DNA of 64,000 bases, taken from an uncultured Bifidobacterium sp. (GTDB taxonomy: Bacteria > Verrucomicrobiota > Verrucomicrobiia > Limisphaerales > JADLHS01). Shown here in pieces: positions 10,492 through 19,820 of the stretch. Position numbers and translations under genes: made by a program. Numbering within the stretch: position 1 is the stretch's first letter; every line of letters begins with the position of its first letter. Under the pieces are notes generated by a model. It had not been told where the DNA came from. It did no database searches and saw only the letters and a program-made list of their open reading frames with translations. The stretch is taken from assembly GCA_964553795.1 (NCBI GenBank), contig CAZKMR010000001.1, positions 19,230-83,229 on the forward strand, given 5' to 3'.

Positions 10492-11685
10492 ATGCGTTTC
10501 GATAGTCGTCTGCTGAGTCGCCGCCCCCTCGGGTGGATTGCCACGCTGCTCTGGTGTTCCGTGCTGGTCGCCGCCGCGAGTGAAAAAGTTCGCGTGTACA
10601 CCGTGCCAAAGGAACGACCGCAATCCAATGTGCCTCCGGGCCACTCAGCCAATGACGGTCACGATCACGGATCTGCCGACGGCCACGGTCACGCGCCCGG
10701 TGGCAATCCACATGGCATGCGCGCGATGCCCAAAGTGAGTTACACCACGCCGGAAGGTTGGCGCGAAGCTGGCGCGGGCGAAATGCGCGTCGCGGGTTTC
10801 ACCATTACCGGAACGAATGGCCAAACGGCACACGTCGCCGTGACGCCGCTGCCTGGCATGGCGGGGCGCGAAACGCTGATCGTTAATATGTGGCGACAAC
10901 AGGTCGGCTTGAGCGAACTGGCCGACGGCGAAGCAGAGAAAGAACTCATCGCGGTGGACATTGGCGGCGAACCCGGAAAGATGTTCGATATGTCGGGTCC
11001 GTCGCCAGCGGGACAAACCGTTCGCATCGTTACAGCGATGGCGCATCTCGGCGACACCAGTTGGTTTTATAAATTGCAAGGCGATGACGCCCTCGTGACG
11101 GCGCAAAAGCCAAACTTCGTTGCGTTTCTGAAATCCATAAAGATTGAAGCCCCGGCGGCGGGAGAATTGCCGGCGGGACATCCGCCGATCGCGCGCGGCT
11201 CAATGCCCGGCGCGTCCATGCCCGGCGCGGTGACATCGCAACGTCCGCCCAAACCGCGCGAAGGCGGTCCGACCTGGACCGTGCCGACCGGCTGGAAGGA
11301 AATTGATGGCGGCCAATTCCTGTTCGCGAAGTTTTTCATCGAAGGCGAAAACAAGCAGCAAGCGACGGTCAACGTGAGCGTTTCAGCGGGTGATGGCGGC
11401 GGTTTATTGCCGAACGTCAATCGGTGGCGCGCGCAGTTGGGCCAAGGCAGTTGGAGTGCCGCGGACTTGCAGAAGAACACGCAGGAGATTGAAGTCGCCG
11501 GCGGCAAAGCGACGTATCTGGAATTGAGCGGCACAGATAGCGCGACGGACCACGCTGCAACGACGCTCGGCGCGCAGGTGAGTCGCAACGGGCAAACCTG
11601 GTTTTACAAACTGATGGGCGATCCGGAACTGGTGGCCGCGCACAAAGACAACTTCCTCGCGTTCGTCAAAGGAGTGAAATACTGA
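10492..11685 (+). CDS. Secreted His-rich protein with two tandem homologous domains (unknown function)
   Basis: Signal-like N-terminus and a His/Asp/Gly-rich tract HSANDGHDHGSADGHGHAPGGNPHG. Two internally similar domains of about 140 aa each end in WFYKL.GD..LV.A.K.NF.AF.K. A 1-nt gap separates it from resB. Confidence 0.7.
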   Translation: MRFDSRLLSRRPLGWIATLLWCSVLVAAASEKVRVYTVPKERPQSNVPPGHSANDGHDHGSADGHGHAPGGNPHGMRAMPKVSYTTPEGWREAGAGEMRVAGFTITGTNGQTAHVAVTPLPGMAGRETLIVNMWRQQVGLSELADGEAEKELIAVDIGGEPGKMFDMSGPSPAGQTVRIVTAMAHLGDTSWFYKLQGDDALVTAQKPNFVAFLKSIKIEAPAAGELPAGHPPIARGSMPGASMPGAVTSQRPPKPREGGPTWTVPTGWKEIDGGQFLFAKFFIEGENKQQATVNVSVSAGDGGGLLPNVNRWRAQLGQGSWSAADLQKNTQEIEVAGGKATYLELSGTDSATDHAATTLGAQVSRNGQTWFYKLMGDPELVAAHKDNFLAFVKGVKY

Positions 11686-11686
11686 C

Positions 11687-12841
11687 ATGCTCACGCGCCT
11701 CTATAATTTTTTTACGTCCGTCAAACTGGCGGTCGTGTTGCTGGCGCTGGGCTTGATCCTGGTGTTCTGGGGCACGCTGGCGCAGGTGAAGCTGGGACTC
11801 TACCAAGCGCAGGATCAATTCTTCCGCAGTTGGTTCATCTACGCGCAATTGCCCGGCACGGAAATGCGCGTGCCAATCTTTCCCGGCACTTACCTCGTCG
11901 GCGGCCTCTTGCTGATCAACCTTTTCGCCGCGCATCTGCGTTACTATCGCAAGGGCTGGAAACATTTCGGCATCGCCCTGTTGCACATTGGCGTCGTGCT
12001 GCTGTTGGTCGGTCAATTCGCCACCGACGTGCTCTCGGTGGAAAGTTACATGCGCATCCGCGAAGGCGCGGCGTCGAATTACTCGGAATCCAATGGGCGT
12101 TGGGAACTCGCCATCGTGGACACGAGCGACGAGCAATCAGACAAAGTGGTCGCAATTCCGGCCGCCCTGTTAGACGACGGCGAAACGCTGGAGAATCCCG
12201 AGTTGCCCTTCAAAGTCAAAGTGCTGGAGTATCATTTGAACTCCATGCTCGCGACGCAAGCCGGCGAAGGATTCAAATCAGTTGAAGCCGAAAATGCGGT
12301 TGGGATGCCAATCTGGTGGCGCGCGCTGCCGAAGGAAACGCGGATGAACTTTCGCGATATTCCTTCCGTGCTCGTGGAATTGATCCAGCCGAACGGCACA
12401 ACTCAAAAGATTTTGTTGTCCGGTCACCTCGCGCGACCGCAAACGCTCACGGTCGGAGGACGTGACATGAAGTTGGATTTGCGCCCCGAGCGTTATTACA
12501 AGCCGTTTTATCTGCATTTGGAAGATTTCCGCTTTGATCGCTATCCCGGCACGGAGATTCCGAAAAACTTTTCCAGTCGCGTGCGCATCATTCGCCCCGA
12601 AACCGGCGAAGATCGGGAAGTAACGATTCGCATGAACGAACCGTTGCGCTACGAAGGCAAAACTTTTTTCCAATCCAGCTTCGATGAAGCGGACGAAAAA
12701 GGCACGGTGCTGCAAGTAGTGGATAACCCGAGTTGGTTGACGCCGTATTTCGCGTGCGTGCTCGTGGCTTTGGGAATGACGTGGCAGTTTACGGTTCACC
12801 TCGTCGGCTTCGCCGCGAAACGGAAGGGAACAACAGTATGA
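11687..12841 (+). CDS. resB: Cytochrome c biogenesis protein, ResB/Ccs1 family (System II)
   Basis: N-terminal FFTSVKLAVVLLALGLILVFWGTLAQ, a periplasmic domain and a C-terminal TM helix. Its stop overlaps the ccsA start (ATGA). Confidence 0.8.
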   Translation: MLTRLYNFFTSVKLAVVLLALGLILVFWGTLAQVKLGLYQAQDQFFRSWFIYAQLPGTEMRVPIFPGTYLVGGLLLINLFAAHLRYYRKGWKHFGIALLHIGVVLLLVGQFATDVLSVESYMRIREGAASNYSESNGRWELAIVDTSDEQSDKVVAIPAALLDDGETLENPELPFKVKVLEYHLNSMLATQAGEGFKSVEAENAVGMPIWWRALPKETRMNFRDIPSVLVELIQPNGTTQKILLSGHLARPQTLTVGGRDMKLDLRPERYYKPFYLHLEDFRFDRYPGTEIPKNFSSRVRIIRPETGEDREVTIRMNEPLRYEGKTFFQSSFDEADEKGTVLQVVDNPSWLTPYFACVLVALGMTWQFTVHLVGFAAKRKGTTV

Positions 12842-14811
12842 AACCAATTCTAAAAATTCTTCCCTGGTTGCTCCTGGCGGTGTTCGTCACGGAAATGGTC
12901 ATGGTCATGAAACCGAAGTCCGACGGCGAAATGCGCGTCGCGGAATTTGGTCGCCTGCCCGCGCTGTTGGAAGGGCGCGTGCAACCGCTGGACTCGGTCG
13001 CGCGCAATTCGCTGTTGCAAATGCGCAGCACGGGCGATTTGCCGTTGGAGATTGTGCCCGGTTGGCAATTCTGGCGGCATCCGAAAAAACTGCGTTCCAC
13101 CGAATGGTTGCTCGAAGTGGCGTTCAAACCCGAAGTCGCGGACACGCGTCCGGCGTTTTTGATTCATCATCCCGACCTTATCAGCGAACTCAAGCTCGGC
13201 GAAACGGGCGTCGAAAAATCCGGGCTCCGCTATTACACCTACGACGAAATTGAACCGCTCGTCAGCGAGATTTTTACGCAAGCGAGCACGGCGTCGCAGG
13301 TGGAATCCGCCCAACGTACGCCGTATCAACAACAGGTCCTGAAGCTCGCCAATGCGATCAATATTTATCAACGGCTGAAGAATAGTTTTCAGCCCGAGGG
13401 CACGACGAACTTTATCCAATTGCTCGCCGACTATGAAGCCACGTTGCCCGAAGGCGTCGCTGCCATGCGCGCGCAACGCACGGGTGGCGAGGCGAATCGC
13501 GAGGCGTTGGATAAGTTCATGGCGATCGCGCAGAAAATCGAAGCGGCGGCGAATCGCTCCTATCCGCGCGTCGTCCCGCCACCGAATCCCGAGCAGGACC
13601 GCGATGCGTGGTCGAACGTCGGCGCCAGCTTGCTCGCCGCCATTCGCGACCAGCAGATTCCGCCGGCGGCAACGTTTTACGCGCGCATCGCCAACGCATA
13701 TCAGGCGGGCGACAACGCCGAGTTCAACGCCGCCGTGGCGGGCTACAAAAACTGGCTCGCGAAAGATTTCTCGAAGGAAGCGAGCAAAGGTCGCGCGGAA
13801 TACTATTTCAACCGCGTGAAATTGTTTTTGCACGCGACGATCATTTACATCGCCGCATTCGTGCTGGCGGGCGGGGCGCTGCTGACGTTTGGTGCGTGGC
13901 CGAATGTTTCGGAATCCTTCCGGCGCTCGGCGTATTATCTGATCGGCTTGGCGTTTATTGTTCACACGGGCGGACTCATTTTCCGCATGGCTTTGGAGGG
14001 TCGCCCGCCGGTGACGAATCTTTATTCGTCCGCGATTTTTATTGGCTGGGGAACGTGCGTGCTGGGCTTGATTCTGGAACGCATTTACAAAGTCGGCCTC
14101 GGCAGCGCGATGGCCGGATTGTCCGGTTTTGTCACGCTATTGATCGCGCACAATCTGGCGCTGGGCGGTGACACCATGCAAATGATGCGCGCGGTTTTAG
14201 ACACGAACTTCTGGCTCGCGACGCACGTGGTCGTGGTGACGCTGGGTTACTCGGCGACCTTCGTCGCGGGCGTGCTGGCGATGGCGTATGTGATACTGGG
14301 CGTGTTCACGCCAACGTTGACCGCGCGGAAGGATTTTAATCTCAGCAAAGCGCTGTCGAAGATGGTGTATGCCATCATTTGTTTTGCGACGTTGTTCAGT
14401 TTCACCGGCACGGTGCTCGGCGGCATCTGGGCGGACCAATCCTGGGGACGATTCTGGGGTTGGGATCCGAAAGAAAACGGTGCGCTGCTGATCGTCATTT
14501 GGTGCGCGCTAATTCTGCATGCGCGGTGGGGCGGTTTGGTGAAAGAGCGCGGGCTGATGAATCTCGCCATCTTTGGAAATGTCATCACCGCGTGGTCGTG
14601 GTTCGGCACGAACATGCTCGGCATCGGTTTGCACAGCTACGGCTTTATGGATGCCGGGTTCAAATGGCTCATGCTGTTCGTTGGCAGCCAGGTCGCGCTG
14701 ATTGTGCTCGGGTCGCTGCCGCTGAACATGTGGAAGAGTTTTCAATCCACCGAACCTCCGCCGACTCCACCCAGCGCGCCCGGACAAAAGCCCGTCCCGG
14801 CTTCCGCCTGA
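12838..14811 (+). CDS. ccsA: Cytochrome c assembly protein CcsA/ResC with a long N-terminal periplasmic extension
   Basis: WWD-type heme-handling motif WGRFWGWDPKENGAL and multiple TM helices. ATG 12838 overlaps the resB stop. Confidence 0.85.
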   Translation: MKPILKILPWLLLAVFVTEMVMVMKPKSDGEMRVAEFGRLPALLEGRVQPLDSVARNSLLQMRSTGDLPLEIVPGWQFWRHPKKLRSTEWLLEVAFKPEVADTRPAFLIHHPDLISELKLGETGVEKSGLRYYTYDEIEPLVSEIFTQASTASQVESAQRTPYQQQVLKLANAINIYQRLKNSFQPEGTTNFIQLLADYEATLPEGVAAMRAQRTGGEANREALDKFMAIAQKIEAAANRSYPRVVPPPNPEQDRDAWSNVGASLLAAIRDQQIPPAATFYARIANAYQAGDNAEFNAAVAGYKNWLAKDFSKEASKGRAEYYFNRVKLFLHATIIYIAAFVLAGGALLTFGAWPNVSESFRRSAYYLIGLAFIVHTGGLIFRMALEGRPPVTNLYSSAIFIGWGTCVLGLILERIYKVGLGSAMAGLSGFVTLLIAHNLALGGDTMQMMRAVLDTNFWLATHVVVVTLGYSATFVAGVLAMAYVILGVFTPTLTARKDFNLSKALSKMVYAIICFATLFSFTGTVLGGIWADQSWGRFWGWDPKENGALLIVIWCALILHARWGGLVKERGLMNLAIFGNVITAWSWFGTNMLGIGLHSYGFMDAGFKWLMLFVGSQVALIVLGSLPLNMWKSFQSTEPPPTPPSAPGQKPVPASA

Positions 14812-15020
14812 CGTAACTGCTGAAGAAACGCAAAGCCGACGAGAACGGCGGCGCTCCGCTCTAGCGGTTCGAACTAGCGTTCCTCTGCGCTCTCCGCGTC
14901 TCCGCGTTTTTCGGCCCAGTTTGGTTTGTGTCTTCTGTGCCTCTTCGTGGCGAGTTGGAAAAATAGTCGCACTTTTTTGTCCGCTTTTGTCGGTCGGCGG
15001 GTCTTTACTGGTGTTAAACG

Positions 15021-16697
15021 ATGACCGAGACCCAACAATTGCTCGCCGATTACGTCGCTTCCGGTTCGGAGCCGGCCTTTCGCGAACTCGTCAGTCGCTA
15101 CGTGAATCTCGTGTATTCCGCCGCGATTCGCTTGGTCAATGGCGACTCGCATCTGGCGGAAGACGTGACGCAAACCGTGTTTGCCGATTTGGCGCGACAG
15201 GCGCGCACGTTGCGCAGCGAAACCATGCTGGGCGGTTGGTTGCATCGGCATACGTGTTTTGTCGCCAGTAAAGCGTTGCGCAGTGAGCGGCGGCGGTTGG
15301 CGCGAGAAAGGCAGGCGGTTGCAATGAGCGAACTTCAAGATCATTCCGAAGCGAACCTCGCGGCGCTGACGCCGGTGCTCGACGAAGCGGTGAACGAACT
15401 CAGTCCGGAAGATCGCGCGGCGATTCTGCTGCGCTATTTCGAGCAACAGGATTTTCGGTCGGTCGGCGCGGCGTTGGGCAGCAACGAAGAAGCAGCCCGC
15501 AAACGCGTGGATCGCGCGTTGGACAAATTGCACGGGCTGCTCAAAGTGCGCGGCGTCACGCTTTCCGGCGCGGCGTTGGCGACGGCGTTGTCGGCGAATG
15601 CCGTCGCGGCAGCGCCGGTCGGACTTGCGGTAACAGCTTCATCCTTTGCGCTGGCCAGTGCGGCAGCAGGTGCGGGAACAGCATTAACCCTCTTGGAGAT
15701 CATCAGTATGGCCAAATTAAAATTCGGAGTGATCGCTGCCGTCGTGGTGGCGGGAGTCGCAATTCCCTGTGTGATGTTGCAACGCACGCAGAGTAAACTT
15801 GAAACCACCAACGCGGTGTTGGATTTGCAGAAAACCCAGTACGAAGACCTGGTTGCCGAGAATGAACGGCTCGCCAAACTCGCGGCGAAACCCGCGCCCG
15901 CGCCTGTAGTGGACAATTCGCCGTCGCTGGAATTGTTGCGGCTGCGTGGCGAAGTCGCTCGGTTGCGCGGTGATCTGGCGAATGAACAGTCGCGGACCAA
16001 CGGCCCGAGCGCGCTCAGCGGGATCAAAGCCGATCCCGCCATGTGGCAATTGATTCGCGATCAGCAAAAAATGGGGATGGGACAGATTTACAAAGATTTC
16101 GCGAAGAAATTGAATTTGCCCGAGGAACAGCGCGAGAAGTTCAATCAATTACTCGCGGATGACGTGATGGAGAACATTGATCACATCACTGCGGTTCTGC
16201 GCGACAAACTGACTTTGCAACAGATGGAGCCGATTTTCGCCGGTCAGGAAGCCGCGATGCTGGAAAAGGTGCAGGCGTTGCTCGGACCTGAAGCGGTGGA
16301 GCAATACCAGGAATACACGAGTCGGCTCGCGAGCAATATCACGGCGGAACAGTTCAAAGAAATGCTCAGTGGCGAAGACGCGGAAAAGAAGGCGAAAGCG
16401 CGACAGCTTTACGAAGCGATGCTCGCGGAAACACAGCAGGCATTGGCGAATGCCGGGTTGCCGCAGAACTACCAGACGTTGGCCATCCTGAACTTCCGCA
16501 ATATTGCTTCGGAGACAGCCGCCGAGAGCAATTTGCAATTACTCGATGGAATCTATGCGCGCGTGGCAGCCAACGCGGGTTCGTATCTTTCACCGGATGA
16601 AGTTAAAAAATTCGGCGAGTTTCGGGAAAAGGCGATGAATGCGCAGCGGACGGCGCTCAAGATGAATCGCGTGATGATGGCGCCGAGTTCCAATTGA
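15021..16697 (+). CDS. ECF-type sigma-70 factor fused to a transmembrane helix, a coiled coil and a C-terminal domain
   Basis: Sigma region 2 (AEDVTQTVFADLAR) and region 4 (EDRAAILLRYFEQQDFRSVGAALGSNEEAARKRV) are present. They are followed by a TM segment KFGVIAAVVVAGVAIPCVML and then the coiled coil LRLRGEVARLRGDL. Confidence 0.8.
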   Translation: MTETQQLLADYVASGSEPAFRELVSRYVNLVYSAAIRLVNGDSHLAEDVTQTVFADLARQARTLRSETMLGGWLHRHTCFVASKALRSERRRLARERQAVAMSELQDHSEANLAALTPVLDEAVNELSPEDRAAILLRYFEQQDFRSVGAALGSNEEAARKRVDRALDKLHGLLKVRGVTLSGAALATALSANAVAAAPVGLAVTASSFALASAAAGAGTALTLLEIISMAKLKFGVIAAVVVAGVAIPCVMLQRTQSKLETTNAVLDLQKTQYEDLVAENERLAKLAAKPAPAPVVDNSPSLELLRLRGEVARLRGDLANEQSRTNGPSALSGIKADPAMWQLIRDQQKMGMGQIYKDFAKKLNLPEEQREKFNQLLADDVMENIDHITAVLRDKLTLQQMEPIFAGQEAAMLEKVQALLGPEAVEQYQEYTSRLASNITAEQFKEMLSGEDAEKKAKARQLYEAMLAETQQALANAGLPQNYQTLAILNFRNIASETAAESNLQLLDGIYARVAANAGSYLSPDEVKKFGEFREKAMNAQRTALKMNRVMMAPSSN

Positions 16698-16761
16698 ACG
16701 GCACGGAAGTGTAACGTGAGAGAAATAATGTTGTTCTGTCAGAGGTAACAGAAGGAACTAT

Positions 16762-17043
16762 ATGCGCGAATTGACATTGCTGGAAACCGGTTACTTGGCG
16801 GGGCTGCTCTTGCTTTCGCTGGTGCTGCCGTTGCTCCTTAGCTTTCGCGGCCAACGGAGCACATCAGATCGGCGTCCGTTGCTGACGACCGTCTGGTGCG
16901 GGCAGATTTTCGGGGCTATTTGTGGCATCGGGGTGTTGGCTTCGGAAGCAATTGCTCCGTTTGCTTTCGGGTTGGGCGTCGCCAGTTATTTTTTCTGCAT
17001 GGCGATTGTGCGCCGCAAACTGCGGCTCGCCTCGGCTGCCTGA
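16762..17043 (+). CDS. Small hydrophobic membrane protein (hypothetical)
   Basis: 93-aa ORF with three hydrophobic stretches. No recognisable motif. Confidence 0.4.
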   Translation: MRELTLLETGYLAGLLLLSLVLPLLLSFRGQRSTSDRRPLLTTVWCGQIFGAICGIGVLASEAIAPFAFGLGVASYFFCMAIVRRKLRLASAA

Positions 17044-17094
17044 CTTGCGCTGGTGTTCCGGATTCGGGTTGGTTAGTTTCGCCTCAATCATCAA

Positions 17095-18069
17095 ATGAAC
17101 GGCAATTCTCAGAGCACGGTCGCGCCGCTGGAATTACGCAATGTTGCCAAGCGCTTCGGTGATTTTCGCGCGGTGGATGACGTGAGTTTCACGCTGCCGG
17201 CAGGTTCAATCTACGGTTTTCTCGGCCCCAACGGCGCAGGCAAAACCACGACGATTCGGATGATTCTCGAAATCATCCGACCCACGAGCGGCAGCATCAC
17301 GGTGTTGGGCGAATCTTCGGCGCTGAAAGTGCGCCACCGCATCGGTTACTTGCCGGAGGAAAAGGGGCTCTACAAAAAAATGAAGTGTTGGTCGGTGATC
17401 GCCTATTTCGCGACATTGAAAGGGATGAACCGTGGCGCGGCGAAACGACGCGCCTTCGAATTGTTGGAGCGTTACGGTCTGAAAGATTTCGCCAACAGCC
17501 CGACCGAAGCGCTTTCCAAAGGCATGGGCCAAAAAGTGCAGGTGCTGGCGTCCATCGCGCATGATCCGGAGTTTGTGATTCTCGATGAACCGTTCTCCGG
17601 TCTCGATCCAGTGAACCAACAAGTGATGGAAGAAATCATTCGCGACATGGCGAAGCGCGGGCGCACTGTGCTGTTTTCCACGCATGTCATGCAGCACGCG
17701 GAACGGTTGTGCGATCGCATTTTGTTGCTCGCACGGGGGCGCAAGATTTTTGATGGCACGATTGGGGAAGCGAAGCAAACGATTCCGCGCCGCGTGCGCA
17801 TCGAAACTGAAGATGACATCGCGCCGTTGCGGGAGTTGAGCGAGGTGGTGGCCACCAACGAAACGCCACCACTCAATGGTCACGCGACGGCGGGCGCGAG
17901 CAAGCATTGGGAACTGGAGTTGCGCGAGAGCGCCGATCCGCAGGGTATTTTGCAAACGTGTTTTTCGCGCGGCATCCGCTTGCGCAGTTTCAACCAAACC
18001 GATCCCACGTTGCATGAAGTGTTCGTGCGACTTGTCGGGCCGGAAGCGAAGGAGGCGTCGTTCCGATGA
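17095..18069 (+). CDS. ABC transporter ATP-binding protein (ABC-2/NatA-like)
   Basis: Walker A GPNGAGKTT, signature LSKGMGQK and Walker B FVILDEP. An ATGA overlap joins it to the permease gene. Confidence 0.9.
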   Translation: MNGNSQSTVAPLELRNVAKRFGDFRAVDDVSFTLPAGSIYGFLGPNGAGKTTTIRMILEIIRPTSGSITVLGESSALKVRHRIGYLPEEKGLYKKMKCWSVIAYFATLKGMNRGAAKRRAFELLERYGLKDFANSPTEALSKGMGQKVQVLASIAHDPEFVILDEPFSGLDPVNQQVMEEIIRDMAKRGRTVLFSTHVMQHAERLCDRILLLARGRKIFDGTIGEAKQTIPRRVRIETEDDIAPLRELSEVVATNETPPLNGHATAGASKHWELELRESADPQGILQTCFSRGIRLRSFNQTDPTLHEVFVRLVGPEAKEASFR

Positions 18070-19589
18070 AATACGCCTTTCTCGTCGCCTGGCGCGAATA
18101 CGTTGAGAACGCCAAGACCAAAGGCTTCTGGCTCGGCCTGTTCGTCGTGCCGATCATCATTTTCGGAACGATTCAAGTGCCGATCTGGTTGCAGAAGAAA
18201 GGCACGCCAACGCGCTATTACGTGCTGGTGGATCAATCGAAGTCGCTCGGATCAGTCATCGAGACGAAGATTGAAACTGCCTATCAGCGGCGCGTGTATA
18301 ACGAGCTGAATGATTACGCGCGCAAGAATTCCACCGCCGCTGGCGAGGCGGGAAAATTCAATCCACCTTCGTTCGAGGATTATAAGGAGGGTGGCGAAAC
18401 CGTATTTCTCGAAAAGTTACAAACGCATTTACGCCCCGGTTCGCCGCCCTTCAAAGCACCGCGGCGAGATTTTCAACAAGCGGCGTTGCCTTCAGGCGTG
18501 AATGCCGAAGCAGACTTGGAAACCGTGGCCGAGCAATTGCGCCCATATTTGCGCGGCGAGAAACGCATCAAATTGGACGATCAATCTGTGCCGTTGACGG
18601 CGGCGATTTTGATTCCGGCGGACATTGCAGATCAGGTCGTGCGACCTGGAAAAAAGCGCGATAAAGAGGCGACCGGAATTGAGTATTGGTCAGGCAATCT
18701 CGCCGACACCAAGTTGCGGGAAGACGTCGAGCAGGCGGTGAATGCGGAGATTCGGCAGCGTGAATATGCGTTGCGCGGTCTCGATGCAAAGGCGATTCGC
18801 GAGGTGGAGCAGACTTACGCGCCGATCGCGAGTTTGAATCCGAAGAAAGAGGCCGGGCAGGAAGCCGTCAAAGGCGTGGACGTCATCAAACAATGGGCGC
18901 CGAGTGCGTTCGTTTATCTGCTGTGGATTTCCATTTTCGCCATCGCGCAAATGCTCCTCACGAACATCATCGAGGAAAAATCGAATCGCATCATCGAGGT
19001 GCTGTTGTCATCAGTGACGCCGGGCGAGTTGATGATGGGAAAATTATTTGGTATCGCGGCAGTGGGATTGACGATGGTGGGATCGTGGATTTTCGCGCTG
19101 GTCGCGATTCTGACATGGAAAGCGGGGACGGCGTCGTCGGTGCCCGGACAGTTACTTCAAGTGGTGCAATCGTCGAATCTCGTTCCGATGTTCGTGGTTT
19201 ACTTCATCTTCGGATTCTTCATTTACGCGGCTTCAATTCTCGCGCTCGGCAGCGTCTGCAATACTCTAAAAGAATCGCAGAGTTACATGGCGATCATCAC
19301 GATGGTCATGATGGTGCCGCTCATGACGATGACCTTTATCCCGAAAGATCCCAATGGCGTGGTCGCGCGGACGCTCTCGTGGATTCCGCTCTACACGCCG
19401 TTCATCATGATGAATCGCGTGATGGCTGATCCACCGTGGGTGGACATCATAGGCACGAGTCTGTTGTTAATCGTAACGGCTGGGCTGGCGCTGTGGATGG
19501 CGGGAAAAGTTTTTCGCATCGGCATTCTGCGCACGGGGCAACCGCCGAAGTTGCTCGAAATGTTGCGGTGGGTGCGGCGGAAGCCGTGA
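18066..19589 (+). CDS. ABC-2 family permease (NatB-like) with a large extracytoplasmic loop
   Basis: An N-terminal TM helix, a soluble loop of about 250 aa, then 5 or more C-terminal TM helices. Translationally coupled to the ATPase gene. Confidence 0.8.
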   Translation: MKYAFLVAWREYVENAKTKGFWLGLFVVPIIIFGTIQVPIWLQKKGTPTRYYVLVDQSKSLGSVIETKIETAYQRRVYNELNDYARKNSTAAGEAGKFNPPSFEDYKEGGETVFLEKLQTHLRPGSPPFKAPRRDFQQAALPSGVNAEADLETVAEQLRPYLRGEKRIKLDDQSVPLTAAILIPADIADQVVRPGKKRDKEATGIEYWSGNLADTKLREDVEQAVNAEIRQREYALRGLDAKAIREVEQTYAPIASLNPKKEAGQEAVKGVDVIKQWAPSAFVYLLWISIFAIAQMLLTNIIEEKSNRIIEVLLSSVTPGELMMGKLFGIAAVGLTMVGSWIFALVAILTWKAGTASSVPGQLLQVVQSSNLVPMFVVYFIFGFFIYAASILALGSVCNTLKESQSYMAIITMVMMVPLMTMTFIPKDPNGVVARTLSWIPLYTPFIMMNRVMADPPWVDIIGTSLLLIVTAGLALWMAGKVFRIGILRTGQPPKLLEMLRWVRRKP

Positions 19590-19596
19590 TTGGCGT

Positions 19597-19763
19597 GTAG
19601 CGGCGGGCATCTTGTCTGCCGTAGAGCCGGGCTTCGAGCCCGGCGGTTAAAACGAAATCACGACGGTAGCGGTCAAAGAACGCGGAAGTTATCGGTCAAT
19701 CGGTCGTCTATTCCGGGCGGCAAGATGCCGCCCTCTACGTCAGGCGCGGACGCCTGACGCTAC
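19597..19763. repeat. Array of GTAG-plus-hairpin (REP-like) units in inverted orientation
   Basis: The left side reads GTAGC[GGCGGGC ATCTTG TCTGCC]GTAGA[GCCGGGC TTCG AGCCCGGC]. The right side, read as reverse complement, is GTAGC[GTCAGGCG TCCG CGCCTGAC]GTAGA[GGGCGGC ATCTT GCCGCCC]. Confidence 0.6.
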
Positions 19764-19820
19764 TTCGCATCGCCAGAATTTGCGCTTTTGCTGGGGCGCG
19801 GAAAACTTATCCTCGCGGCG

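Noticed and set aside
14866-14874. GGTTCGAAC, reminiscent of a tRNA T-loop, in the ccsA-ECF intergenic region.
   Set aside because: Only a 4-bp CTAG/CTAG stem flanks it. I could not build an acceptor, D or anticodon arm, so it is not a tRNA.
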